This document shows positions 23,946 to 37,019 of a DNA stretch of 64,000 nt, piece after piece. The notes beneath the pieces are model-generated. The model did not search any database and was not told where the DNA came from. It saw nothing but the letters and a program-made list of their open reading frames with translations. The stretch is taken from the NCBI RefSeq assembly GCF_035084215.1, contig NC_090354.1:9672001-9736000 (forward strand). Reading direction: 5' to 3'. The first letter of the stretch is position 1, and every line of letters starts with the position of its first letter. Both the position numbers and the translations under genes were made by a program. Origin of the DNA: Heptranchias perlo. Taxonomy: Eukaryota.

Positions 23946-24318
23946 ATCATATGTGAAATGGATTTGGGCATTCCCAATCTAACTTTTAGTGGATGTAGTC
24001 CCACAGCACAAAATGGCACTAATTGCAGATCTCACTCAGATACAATGCAGATACAATTGCAGATACAATGGCTGGTGGGAGAGCTGGACAAATGTCATTG
24101 TAGTACAGTAGGAGTTGTTTTGCTGAGGTTGGGGCTGGGAGGCAGAGTAGAGAGAGCTTTACATTATCCATCTTGATCATAAAAATACACACAAAAAGTT
24201 CAATGTATAAACAAAACATCATTAATGATCGTTAAATAACAATGCCAGGCACTGGATGAACACGACAGCATATATATAAAAAAAAGGTTATTTCATAGCA
24301 CGTCAATGAAAAACTTAC

Positions 24319-24391
24319 TGTTGCGATAACTTAGGTAGAGGTCTCCCAAAAGCCACCACAGGTAGAAATGGGGTAATTACCAGAGATTCCA
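24319..24391 (-). CDS. msl1: MSL1 coding exon (PEHE region)
   Basis: cag|TG GAA TCT... gives VESLVITPFLPVVAFGRPLPKLSQ CA|gtaagt; 73 nt, phase 1 to 2. Confidence 0.95.
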
Positions 24392-24606
24392 CTGCAAAAT
24401 AAGGAGAAAACAGTTTTTTTTTTTTGCAAACTAAAATAGTAAGATCCAGTTTTAAAATAAAGTTTAAATTTGTTGGGGGTCACTTGTGGTTTACCAAGGC
24501 TTTGTTCCCTGGAAGTGAGTGTCCCATTTATGCGGTTTTTCTCTCCAACACATCTAGAAGTTGATATTATCTATTACTGTTTGGAACTCACAGTATTTAA
24601 GCCTAC

Positions 24607-24731
24607 CATCATCTGGTTCAGGGAAAAAGGACAGGATTTCTGGCTCCGATTCCTGAATTCCTTTCTTTTTGTACATCCGCAATTGCAAACGTTGCAGCAG
24701 CCTTTGTTCCCTGATCCGCTGAATATCCCAC
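24607..24731 (-). CDS. msl1: MSL1 coding exon (PEHE region)
   Basis: cag|G TGG GAT ATT gives RWDIQRIREQRLLQRLQLRMYKKKGIQESEPEILSFFPEPDD G|gtaggc; 125 nt. Confidence 0.95.
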
Positions 24732-26186
24732 CTGAAGAAAAAAAAACAATCGAGGTTACAGAAACCATCAGAAGGGCACACGATTCCACTTGAAGTGGCT
24801 CTACAACATGCTGCAACTCCCGGTGCTGTGGAATCTGCCCCACTCACACTGCAGGGAAGATTCCACAGCAATACCCCAAGGAAACAATCACACACGCACT
24901 ACTGGCCTCTATGGGTGGCCATGGTCAGAAAAGGAACTGGTAGCCAGTGCTGCTGGGACCTGGCGTTTACATTAACTGCTGCCCTAGGGGACAATCCTGG
25001 AAATCTATTTCCCCCAACAGCAATAGAAACAATTCTTTTACATTACAGTGCTATCAAACCCAGGCTATCAGTAGCATTGCTGAAATATTAATTTAAAAAC
25101 TCAATACTGTCAAATGAGCTAACCAGGTCATACTCAGGTGAAATAAACTTTCACTCTTCCTACGTTGCATTCTAGGTGAACCTCAAACTTTTTTTTTTGC
25201 AGTAATGAAGTCTTCAAAATCTACTTAAAATAAGATTGACAATGGTTGTACAGGTGCATTGAATGTACAAGTTCATAATTTTTTTGCAACTTTCTCAAAT
25301 GTAGTAGCAACCTGTAATTTTTTTAAAATCATCCCAAATACCACTGATATTCTTTGCTATGACAAACGGCAAAATAGCTCAGGTGTGAACACATTGGATT
25401 CAAAGTCCCTTAAAGTGTGTGGAAATTACCTTCTCTAGAAACTGAACTGCCTTCTGTATTTCTGTGAAAAGTAGGACATTAGAATTAGGGCTTTCCCTTA
25501 TCCCCAGTGGACAAATGTACTATTTCTCAGCCTTGCCTCCAGACCGAGTATCTCACAATTAGAAAGTGTTCCATGTCAGTAGAATAGGAAGATATCTGCC
25601 TGTGATAAAATAGGTACCACTCCTGCCTCTTAAAGTACACCTGCTGTTTGATTACGAGAGACTAGCACATGATATCAGACATGTGGACCAGTCCATCCTG
25701 CTTTCCTGAGTAAAGGTCAGTGTGGATGTAGAAAGATGGAAATAATAAATGGACACAAAAACATTCTATTGCAATAACAGCATGTGAAATTCCTCTTAAC
25801 GACACACAGAAAAATGCCCACCGTTCTCTAATTAATCTGAAATCGCATGTTTAAAAGTTGTGGCCTTCTCTCTTACATTAGAAGTTAGGAAAGTTGAAGT
25901 GGAATTCACCCCACAGTCCTTTTCGCTTCAGGAAAAACTAGTGAACACAGTGCAGAATGGCACGACTTGAGCTCCAGAGTACTATTTCAATACATGGGGT
26001 CAAGTGTGACAGACAGCATTTAAAATCCCTGGATTTAGCTGTCAATCTGTTTAATCCAGCTGCATCAGCCTGGTGATTAGTGAATTAGTTAATAACTGGC
26101 AAAAGCATAAGCTGGTCCTAAAATTGGCACGGTTCCTATTATCATTTAAAATACAAAGTTCTCAGATACACTGGGATGTCACTTAC

Positions 26187-26254
26187 CTTTTCCTTCTTTT
26201 TTCATCAAGCTCAAGTTTTGCATGTCGCTTTGCAAACACACAGTCATCTAAATT
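26187..26254 (-). CDS. msl1: MSL1 coding exon (PEHE region)
   Basis: tag|AAT TTA GAT GAC gives NLDDCVFAKRHAKLELDEKRRK AG|gtaagt; 68 nt. Confidence 0.95.
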
Positions 26255-26764
26255 CTAAAATAAATAAAATAAGTTAGTAAACTATTTCACTTTTAAAGCA
26301 CTACATTTAGTATTCCCAGATTTCTGTACAGCTCACAATTGAAGCAGCCTGTAATGGTGACAGTCAACAAACATTTGATAAATATTCCCTGTTTGGGGGG
26401 GGGTGGGGGGGAAGAAAAGAACAAAGTAACAGGAACTTCTATGATTCTGCTTGGCAGGGATAGTGTTACTGTACTGTATACAATCCACATTTAGATCACT
26501 TGTGTGGGAAACAGACATTTACACATCAAAGTGATACCAGAGGTCTTGACGCATTTCCTTACAGTACCAAACCATTTCTCCTCACCTGCAACGTTTTGTG
26601 GATAATTAAATCACCAAGTAATTAGTTTTACAATAATATGCAGTTTTTCTAAAATATTACACTCAGTAAGGCTACCATGCCAAAATATCTGGAGGTCAAC
26701 AGTTCCACTTCAATTTGTTAAAAACTAAAATAGCAAGAAATTAATTTTAAAAGAATTAAATGGT

Positions 26765-27010
26765 GCTGCATTAGCTGATCTCAGCTAAGTATTCCAGTTC
26801 CTGACTACTCTGCAGTGACCCCTAAAGAAAATGCATGTATGGGGACATCAGGTAAGGACAGAATTGTGATGAGCTCCATAGTTGGATAGCCACCTGGCAC
26901 TCACTATCGAGGTTTACAAATTAACGAACAGCCACTTGGACAAAGAAAGCAAGAACCAGGTGTGCAAATGTAACCCAACGGTAGAATCAGTGGCTTCAGG
27001 AGAAGTGGGG
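26765..27010 (+). mobile_element. Family-B SINE-like remnant
   Basis: TTAGCTGATCTCAGC...CAGTGACCCCT...AATGCATGT...CAGCCACTTGG...CTTCAGGAGAAG. Confidence 0.45.
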
Positions 27011-29539
27011 AGATGAAGGAAGAAAATTGAAAAAAGTAAATTGCCTCTGCAGATACCAGTAAAACAAGTGATATTTGCAAATGAAAGGTATAATAAACGA
27101 GGCTTTGGAAACCAATGGAGTTATCATTTCAGGCATTCTACACAAGTGTGGCAGCACAAAAAAGGGAACTGACTGCTTTGAAGGATGTTATAATGACAAA
27201 ATGCATCCTGCTAAAATGCAGATAAATTACTAACATTAGCTAAGTAATAGTCTAACATCAGGAAGTTCAAAGCGTGCTGATGTCTCATTTTCATCTGCTA
27301 CACCGGATACCAAATTCTGCGGGAGATACTTCAGGAAGCAAAATGAAAGCCCAGAATCCGTTGTTGAAATCAATACTAGCAAAAGCAGTTAACAAAATGA
27401 GGAGATAGTACAATGTTGAAGCGCTGAAAGGCAATGATCAACATCTTCAGTCTGAATGTGTGATCTGGATACTTCTTGCATTATTAGGAATGTCTCCTAG
27501 TTGTTTCCAAAACTGGCCTTTTAACCCTAATCTCCCAGCACAAGGCACAATCTAAAAACTGCACCAGTGAGGTAGTCTGGTCTCTTTCTTCTCCTCCCCC
27601 CCCCACCCCACAAACATATTTTTTTTTAAAAACATACAGGGCTATGCAGTTAAACCTCAAGCCAAATGGTGTTTTTCCTGCTATGACTTTGATCCAGATG
27701 ATTTGGTAATAAAACTGACACTCCTACTGGAAAATCATATCCTTTGATGTCAATGGACGTTTCCTATGAGTCATGGACGATCAACAAAACATTTGAAACA
27801 TCTCAAGCTCCTATGAAGCATATATAGTTTGTGGGGGAAATACAACACCTGAATTTTCAACTTCAGCATACAAGCAGCCCGTGCCTGTCACTGATGCCCA
27901 GAGTACCACCTCTGGAGTAATGCATAGCCACATTTACTACTCAGGGCTCATCATAATTGCAATTATTTGCTTAAATCATCTAAAGTTTAATTATTGAGAT
28001 TAAATTGTTTTAAAATAAGAACAGTAATGAAGTTTAAAAGGAGGCATAGTCACTTTTCGCTGAAAAATAGTGATGTTTCTCTTTTCGCTTTAATCTAACC
28101 AGTGGGAAATGAGACTTTCAGAAGGCGAATGCATCATGGCAGACATTTTACCTAAATTATATTTTGTGTCACATTGTAATGTTGCAGCAGCATATTCCTG
28201 CCACTAGAGGTTCTCCTAGTTATCTGTGGAAATAGAATTCCTTTACTGAAAGGTTACCAATTCTGTTGCATTGCAACATTATACCAATATCACGGATCTG
28301 AAAATCATTTACTGATAATCCCGGCGATCAAACCAGTAGTAGTGAACTTCATTTTAATTAATTATATAATGTGACTTGAATCTGTACAAGTATGATACAG
28401 TGCAGGACATCTCAAATTATGAGTTTCATGTATTTTACGGTGAAAATGTAGAGTCATTTTATGTTGCAACCATGTGAAATGTACAAACAAAACTCCACAA
28501 AGTAACGAAACACAAGTCAGTGTTGAAAGAGTTAAAGACCGTGCACCAGTGACAGCCAGGTACTCGCCCAGCAGTGACAGTGCCTGCTTCCAATCCAGAT
28601 GACCAGTGGTTGATGCAGTTGATAGACCAAGACTGCTGACGGTCAGCTCCATCTGTCATAGCAGTGTTGTGTTTTTAATCTCCTCAAACGGAGCAGCAAC
28701 CTTATTTATAATCTTTGCCCTTATGGAGGAGAGAATAAAAGGGAGCCAGCACAAGCCTGGAAGTGGGTTGCTGTTAGTCCACTTGTTAACAACATGTTAA
28801 CATTCATACAGCCCATTTCACAGCAAAATGTCCAACAGTTCTTTACATTGTGTGTGGGGGGAGGACTGTGGTCTTCAAGCAGTTAGAGGAAGTAACCATG
28901 ATTAAAGAGATAAATATTAGGGAGGCTCAAAGTTTGGGGGGGGGGGGGGCGGCAGAGGTAGCAAGGCAATGAGATTTAAAAAATTATAAGAGTGCACGAG
29001 CATGTACAAGTATTCAAAAGTATGTTTCTGCCAGAAATTCATTTTATAATTTTACAGGAGGTTTTAACAGTTACCTTTCTTATTCCAGAAACTCAGTCAA
29101 TTAAACTCAACCATTTTTAGTCAGAAACCATTAAAAAAAGAGTACTTATTCCAAATGCTTACAAAAATTAGAAAAGGCATCAACTACTGCTACTAACTGT
29201 GGTCACTGCTGTATATCTGAAGGCACTGTGAAGCTCTTCACAAACTTTGGCAAGGTCCACCATCTTTATATTTAGTAAAGATTTATTATTATTCCTTTCC
29301 TATTGTCCAAGGTCACACAACCCACATTTTCAATGAGGTAGCCTGGGTGCTGTGGACATATCTGGGGTAACTTTAACCAAACCCGGCCCCAACAAGAAAC
29401 TGACAGGATCGGGATGGCCGCCCGCTTTACACCTGCAAAGGGTGGAGCCATCCCACAGTGCAAGTACCAGTCAGAGCTGGGTCCTACGACAATTCAATCA
29501 TGTCGGTAAATCATGTTAAATCTGAAAGTCGATAAATCC

Positions 29540-31055
29540 CAAAAGGTGGCCATAAAGATAGTGGATGCATTGGTTGTCATCTTCAAAAATTCTATCGATT
29601 CTGGAATAATTCCTGCAGCATGGAGGGTAGCAAATGTAACCCTACTATTTAAGAAAGGAGGGAGAGAGAAAACAGGGAACTACAGACCTGTTAGCCTGAC
29701 ATCAGTAGTAGGGAAAATGCTAGAATCTATTATAAAGGATGTGATAACAGGACACTTAGAAAATAATAATAGGATTTGGCAGAGTCAACATGGATTTATG
29801 AACGGGAAATCATGTTTGACAAACCTACTGGAGTTCTTTGAGGATGTAACTAGTAGAATAGATAGGGGGGGACCAGTGGATGTGGTGTATTTGGATTTTC
29901 AGAAGGCTTTCGATACGTTCCCAAACAGGAGGTTGGTGAACAAAGTTAGCACACATGGAATTGGGGGTAATATACTGGCATGGATTGAGACTTGGTTAAC
30001 AGACAGAAAACAGAGAGTAGGAATAAACGGGTCTTTTTCAGGTTGGCAGACTGTGACTAGCGGGGTACCGCAGGGATCGGTGCTTGGGCCACAGCTATTC
30101 ACAATCTATATCAATGATTTGGATGAGGGAACCAAATGTAATATTTCCAAGTTTGCTGATGACACAAAACTAGGTGGGAATGTGAGTTGTGAGGAAGTGC
30201 AAAGAGGCTTCAAGAGGATATAGACAGGCCAAGTGGGTGGGCAAGAACAAGATAGATGGAATATAATTTGGAAAAATGTGAAGTTTGGTAGGAAAAACAG
30301 AAAATCAGAAATGTAGAATATTTTTTAAATGGTGAGAGATTGGGAATGTCGATGTACAAGGACAGCTAGGTCCCTTTGAACAGGAGCAGTGAAAGCTAAC
30401 GTGCAGGTGCAGCAAGCAATTAGGAAGGCAAATGGTATATTGGCCTTTATTACAAGAGGATTTGAGTACAGGAGTAATGATGTCTTATTGCAATTATATA
30501 GGGCCTTGGTGAGACCGCAGCTGAAGTATTGTGTACAATTGTGGTCTCCTTACCCAAGAAAGGATATACTTGCCATAGAGGGAGTGCAACAAAGGTTTAC
30601 CAGACTGACAGGGATGGCGGGATTGTCGTATGAGGAGAGTTTGAGTAGACTAGGCCTGTATTCTCTAGAGTTTAGAAGAATGAGTGGTGATCTCATTGAA
30701 ACATACAAAATTCTTACAGGGCTCGGCAGGGTACATGCAGGGAGGATGTTTCCCCTGACTGGGGAGTCTAGAACCAGGGGTCACAGTCTCAGAATAAGGG
30801 GTAGGCCACTTAGGACTGAGATGAGGAGAAATTTCTTCATTCAGAGGGTGGTGAATCACCCCAGAGGGCTGTGGGGGATCAGTCATTGAGTACATTCAAA
30901 ACAGAGATCGATAGATTTCTAGATATTAAAGGCATCAAGGGATATGGCGATAGTGCAGGAAAATGGGGTTGAGGTCGATCAGCCACGATCTTGTTGAATG
31001 GCGGGGCAGGCTCGAGGGGGCGGGTGGCCTACTGCTGCTCCTATTTCTTATGTGA
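29540..31055 (+). mobile_element. CR1 LINE, RT domain to 3' tail, frameshifted
   Basis: WRVANVTLLFKKG, NYRPVSLTS, QHGF, YLDFQKAFD, GVPQGSVLGP and KFADDTKL RT motifs, followed by the CR1 C-terminus and HER1-like tail. Confidence 0.92.
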
Positions 31056-31135
31056 AAGTGCTCATGGCAAAATGTATGGACAAAATCAGTCTAGAAAGCA
31101 AGAAAAACCAATGCTCCCACATTTTGTTGCTATAC

Positions 31136-31200
31136 CTCAATTATTTCATCGGGCTGCAGGTCTATGAGGGGCTCCGCCGAGTGTTCTTTCCAGGATGGAA
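31136..31200 (-). CDS. msl1: MSL1 coding exon (start of PEHE region)
   Basis: tag|TT CCA TCC TGG AAA gives (I/V)PSWKEHSAEPLIDLQPDEIIE|gtatag; 65 nt, phase 1 to 0. Confidence 0.92.
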
Positions 31201-31993
31201 CTACAAAGAAGAAACAAGATTTTTTTTTAAAGAGACCAGCTTTAAATATCTGCTTCGAAACACTTTACCGTAGGGTTCAGTCAAACTTACTCTCAGTCAG
31301 CACTGCTAATACTGTACAGAATGGGATCCATCACACTTATTTAAACCACAATACTTCCTGCCTTTTATCACACCTCTAAGTCACAGACATAGCCCACAAA
31401 AATCAGGAATGCTGGTGGGTATGCCATCTTGAGCTTCAATTTTCACATCTCCACAGCACAGTAACCCACCTCTTTCTCCCTCAGCCCACTCAGAGTATTT
31501 TGGCATTTTATTTTATTGGTATAGATTTTGAAAAAGTCAAAAGTATCATAAACAAGGCAGAAATAACCTAGCTCTTTGCTCCAGGCAAACACAGCAAGCT
31601 TTCAAATACAAAAGAGCTCTGTTGGACTCACTGTGCCACAATTCAGATTTTAATACAAGTCTGCTCTGGTCAATCATTAAAAATCACACTGGCAGATGAA
31701 GGGCGCTGAGCATTACTCTATTAATGTGCTCGAGTATGTACACATGGAGCTCTGCCTTTCCCCCAACAGCAGGAAATAAACTTGGTTTCCTGCTTGTATT
31801 ACTCTGAAAATTGGGCTACTGTGTAAACTGGGCCAATTCTTCACTTCTTGGTGCAGTGTAGAAGAGGCATTCACATACTTTCTGTCTTCCTGGCTGTGGG
31901 ATTCGCTGTTTAGCACTTCCTTCCCCCTTCCTGTTTCTTACTCCCCAGAAAGACAATGCTACAGATCCTATAGTTTTAATGCAGTAGCATTAC

Positions 31994-32050
31994 CTTCACG
32001 GTGGTTGCTGGAATAGCCCCATCTCCATAATATTCTCTTGCATTCTCTGC
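31994..32050 (-). CDS. msl1: Candidate MSL1 alternative cassette exon (57 nt)
   Basis: ttttgctccccag|GC AGA GAA...CGT GAA G|gtaatg; phase 1 to 1, no stop (SRECKRILWRWGYSSNHRE); no recognisable homology. Confidence 0.35.
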
Positions 32051-32139
32051 CTGGGGAGCAAAAGTTTATGAATCTGGGAGTTACCAGTGCATTCTGCGCA
32101 GGCAGGACAAACAATTTTTTTTTTTTAAAAACTGCTTCA

Positions 32140-32560
32140 GCTCACCCAATAGCTCAGTGAGTTTATCTATGCAACACATAGCAGGAAGATTGTACGCTCA
32201 AACCTTCAGTCTTGCTGAAATTAGCTGATCACAGCCAGGGCAACATCTGCCCTTACTACCCCGGGTTAGGGAGGGAGGGTAATAAAAAACAAAGCCAAGG
32301 TTGCGATGTTTGGTTGCTATCCAATGACCCTCACCCACTAGAAGTGCACGTGTGCAAATCCTGGGGGACATTAGGACTGGACTCGGCCACAAAGCCCCAC
32401 TGAACAGCCTGACACTCGACTGTGTCCCACTTTCGTACACTGTGTTGAGGTTCACATGCAAGATGGACCATTTGGGCAGGATACCAGAACTAATTGGTAC
32501 TATATCCCAGCAAGGGTGTAAAGACCTTCAGGAGACACGGGGAGAGGGGGAAAAAAAAAC
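32140..32560 (+). mobile_element. Family-B SINE-like element
   Basis: AGCTCAGTGAG head, TTAGCTGATCACAGC, GCTATCCAATGACCC, GGACCATTTGGG, CCTTCAGGAGA...GGGGAAAAAA end. Confidence 0.55.
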
Positions 32561-32949
32561 ACTAAAAAATTAGGTCATACCAGATGACCCGCGACCTCTG
32601 CATTTTCAAGCTAAAGACTAGAGACTTCTGCTACGACCTATTAAAATCACACAATAAAGATAGCGACAGAGTGCAAGGTTTACTCTATTGCATTGTGCCT
32701 ATTAATGTGGAGGAATTACATGGTCACAACCTTCATATTACATTATATCTAGATCAACTGGATTGACAAACCATGCCAGAAAACAAACCTGAACTGTCTC
32801 TCACCTTTCTGTTCTATAAACAGTTTGCCAACAACAAAAAAGGCACCTACTTAAAAGGTCTTGGACTTTCTCCCCCCCCCCCCCACCCCAAATCAGGCCA
32901 CTTACAGAAGATATTAAGGCCTCCAGATTGTCATGCTCTTTATACTAAC

Positions 32950-33329
32950 TTGCTACAGTTTCTTCCTTCTTGGGTGAAGGTTCTCGTAGAGGAGAAGGTG
33001 GCCGCTGATGCCACCGACACAGGTACATCTCGGTGGTACAGAGGTACGGCTCCTCTTCGATGTCATTAGAATTAGCCTGATCGTTGCTGGTGGGCAGACC
33101 TGGAGTCTTTAATGTGGTCGAAGGTTTGTAGACTCCCTCAGTCTGATATTTGGATTTCTCCGGAGTTTCTTTACTTCGCAGTTCTCGTTTTGAAACTTTG
33201 TCGGGTAAAGGGCTGCTCGAGGCCTGTCGGAGTTGAGAGGATTTGGCTAGTTTTGTCCGCACTCTTGAGAATTCAGCTGCAAGCTTTTTCACTGGTGTTT
33301 TTCTTTCTGTTGTTCCCAGTGCAGATTTC
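32950..33329 (-). CDS. msl1: MSL1 coding exon 3
   Basis: cag|G AAA TCT gives RKSALGTTERKTPVKKLAAEFSRVRTK...PYLCTTEMYLCRWHQRPPSPLREPSPKKEETVA A|gttagt; 380 nt. Confidence 0.94.
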
Positions 33330-34555
33330 CTGAATTCAATAGAAGGTTCGTAAGTAGTTTAGTTGTTTAGAAGGTTCATAAGTAGTTTAGTTGTTATAAA
33401 ATTACTGATCAAGATATATGACGACATATGTTAAACACAACTTCATAACCAACACAAGGGCCAGGGACACCTATTCTATAGCCAGGAGGAGATAGAAGCT
33501 TCTATTCGATATGAGAGAGAGAGAAGGAAAAAGTATCTGAACAAGTCACTTTGACCTGCAAGTAGAAAAATGAGGAAAAAAAGATTTTGTCCCATCCTTA
33601 AACAAAGCTTTCTATATTGCAATTTGGGACCTACTGGCACAAATCACATTACACGCACTAGTAACTGTGACCTAGTAGTATTGCAGATAAGATTCTTATT
33701 TCCCACTGCCTCGGATCAGATGCTGAACTCCAAGCACCTGCTGAAATTCTAATGCACCAACCACACAGCTACTTTTGCTGGTGTTCAGTCTTGCTGTTGA
33801 GTGGGATACCCTCTCTAGCTGAAGAAAGGAGAGGGATCAATGTCACAGGGGTTTTTATTCTTGACCCATTTTTACCTTTCCTCAGAAGTTATGGTCAGCT
33901 AGTACAGGGGAGTGGGGAGATAAGCTGCAATAAGTAACAAGCTCAACAAAAAGACTTATTACGTATTACTTATAGTCACTGCCTGATTTAAAAACATAGA
34001 TATGACAAGGAGAGAGAAAAATTTGTGAAATCCAGCACATCCCCCCTCCCTGCTGAGGAAAAAGCTGGACTCATCAAGAGTTCGTGCACAACCAGGGTTA
34101 GGAATGTGAGATTTTTAGGATCCAGAAAAGGCTATTAGGTCCAAAAAGCTACCCTTTTTTTGAGTGATCTTAACCCACCTACTTGAATTCTCAGCATACC
34201 TTTCAATTCCCTCTCCCTTCACAATAGTATCCAATTTCTACTTCACCCTAAAAGATTAAAGGAATCATTCGACTGAAACAGATGCATGGGGATAAGTTAC
34301 TATAACATAAGTTGTCCAGTTCCAGTCTTAAGTGAACTGACACCCTAAATTATCCCGTTGCCCTGGACACCATAATAACTCTTAATAAGTGATGTATTTT
34401 TGCAATGCTGAGCCACCAGCTATAATGGATCAGATACCATTTTACATTTCAGTTTGAATTTTATTTTCATAATTTTTCTTTTTAAAATAAAACTTCGATA
34501 AAGGTCACTGCATTTTCTTTCTTGTAATCCATAATCCAACATTTGTCAAATTTGA

Positions 34556-34582
34556 TGTGTGTGTGTGTGTGTGTGTGTGTGT
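34556..34582 (+). repeat. (TG)n microsatellite (others at about 1918 and 19061)
   Basis: Directly visible dinucleotide run. Confidence 0.9.
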
Positions 34583-34694
34583 GGGGAAGACAAATACTCC
34601 TGCTATTACAAAGGCCTTACTAGCAGCTCCATACGGCCTTCATTAAAACAAGTAATTAACTAATCTATGAGGCTGCTTACGAAATGCTGAGTAC

Positions 34695-34918
34695 CTTTTG
34701 TAACCCTTCCCAGAGTGTGTTTCTGTTCGATTGCTCTGCGCTTGAGCCAGAGGCTGTTCGGGGGTCATCTGTTGAAGCTCTGGCTGGATTTTCTCCAGTT
34801 CTGTTGCATTCTTCTCCTCATTCCCGTCCACAGTTTGAACAAATCGGTGCTTGTCCTTTTCATTCTCTTTTTTCACCAGCTGCATCCTCCTTTCCATGCG
34901 CTCAAGACGAGCCAGAAG
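34695..34918 (-). CDS. msl1: MSL1 coding exon 2 (end of coiled coil)
   Basis: taag|CTT CTG GCT CGT gives LLARLERMERRMQLVKKENEKDKH...SGKGYK AG|gtactc; 224 nt, phase 0 to 2. Confidence 0.94.
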
Positions 34919-37019
34919 CTTAAAAAAAAATTTACAGACCTTAAGTGTCCTGTATTTTAAACAGGTATTTTTAATATTTATTACTAGTCAATCTCCAGTG
35001 GGATTGCACATAGGTAGTCAAAACCAAGTGCAGTCTTCTGGTGAAGCAGGGTTACAGGGCAGGAGATAATGCAACCAGAGTACGAGATGTAATTCAGCCT
35101 CCATTTAAAGTCATACATTCTGTCCTTATTTTCCTATTTCTAGTATAAAGTCCCATTCTTTTCAATCTTTACTGAAGTAAAAAACTTCATTGTTGATACT
35201 GCGTTACACCACCTCTCGCCACCTGAAATTAGCTATTTCATGGACATAACGATTAAAAAAATATACAAAACCTTTTTAAACTTTGAAGTCCCAAGATAAA
35301 CTGAGTGTACTGCAGTTTTTCATTTGCTCAATAATCCTTGAAGGAAACCATTTTGTCATATAAACCTCTAAATATAATGCCGCAGGTTTACTGTGCTCGG
35401 CTATAGAAAAGTGAATAAATTCTAAATATTACAAAACATTTATGGAACTATTTCCTTTGACTCAACACATCATATTTTCCATGGGAAAAGTGCTCTGCTC
35501 CACAACAAGATTAAGTCCTTCACATCCCATCTCAAATCTTAAGGTAAACACATTGCATCGGTGATGTTGAATCTATAACTGAGCAACTTTCCCAATAGGA
35601 TTTTTCAAATGTAATTCCTAGTAAATGGTGATATTCTTCCTGGGAATAAGGTTAAGGTACACAGCCAACGCCTACAAGTTCTTTCCATTTACTGATCTTC
35701 TTAGAATTTATTTTTGTGTTCATCATTGCGAGACCTGAGGAACTGTACACCTCTGATTTCTGGCGACATTTCCCACGTCAGCTTAGATTACAAATTTAGT
35801 GATACTTTTGAGCTGTGGCCCATGCTCACTGAGAACTGCATTGAGACTACCGAATCTCATTTTATATAGGACTTGCAAACAGCAGACAGAAGCGACTTTT
35901 CATCCCATCAAGTCGGGTGGAATTTGAACCCAGGTTTTTGAGGTTATTATCTAACCCAACCAACTTATTCCCTGCCCCCTTCCATTTTATCTCCTTTCAA
36001 ATTGGAAAGCTAAGGGATATTCAACCCCCTAATTAAGGCAATTAAAGTAACCCACTTTTTCAGTAAGATATACAATTTTAGGACAAAATCCTAATGGAAA
36101 TGCTGAATGTATGAATCATGATAATGCAACATTAAATCCCCCCTCCAAAATATATTCTGCAATATGTCTTAACTACTGTTGTTACAATTTTCAAATAGCT
36201 GATATTAGATGCATTAGTAGCATCCTCATTATGAACATGCGCTACAGTACTTAGTCCAGGAGAAGTTTAAAATCTACATGGAGCAATAAAAAAGGCTTTT
36301 ATATCAGCCCGAATTTCTTGCTTCCCCAGGATTCGGGATTAGTAATTTACCACTGGAAATGTATAAATCATTAGTTGAAAAATTGCTAACCTGGTAGATA
36401 TCTTCCACAATTTATATTTTTGTGAATAAAACAGATTTCTACAGCACTGTTTGCACAGGACCTCTGGAATCTAACTAGGAATGAAACTGGAAATGGCTTG
36501 AGCACAAGATGCTCTTTTCGGAGAAAAGCATTATACAACCAATGTTGCATAATTTTAAAAGCAAGGTTGATAAAAATTTGTCAATAAACTTACTAGGTCA
36601 AGTGAGCACATTAACATTTACACAGATGACAGCACAATGTATTTGTGCCTATATTTATTTCTTAGCTATAAATTGAGCCAAGTTTGGTGGTTTACACAAC
36701 TTCAATAAATACCCTATTGCAAAATAGACAATGTAATCAAAAAAATGTCCCGTATTTATTGATGACTGGAGCACAAACCATTCAGTATTATTCAATTCTT
36801 AAACAGAACAGTTGAAGCAACATACTTGTACATATGAGGCATCTCTGTAAATGGCAAAAATACTGAAGAGCACCATGGGCAGTGCTAATTAAGACCTATA
36901 AAGGGAAACATATATGCAGAAATGTAGCATCTGAAGCCGCCCTTTCGTCTGTGGTTTTTAAAGAAAGAAATCGAGCTCTTTTCCCCCAAAAGACTTTGAA
37001 TTATAGGCCAGGCAGGAAG

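Noticed and set aside
24495-24553. AG...GT-bounded pseudo-exon inside the short MSL1 intron
   Set aside because: It would leave an upstream intron of only about 50 nt and contains an in-frame stop; likely chance.
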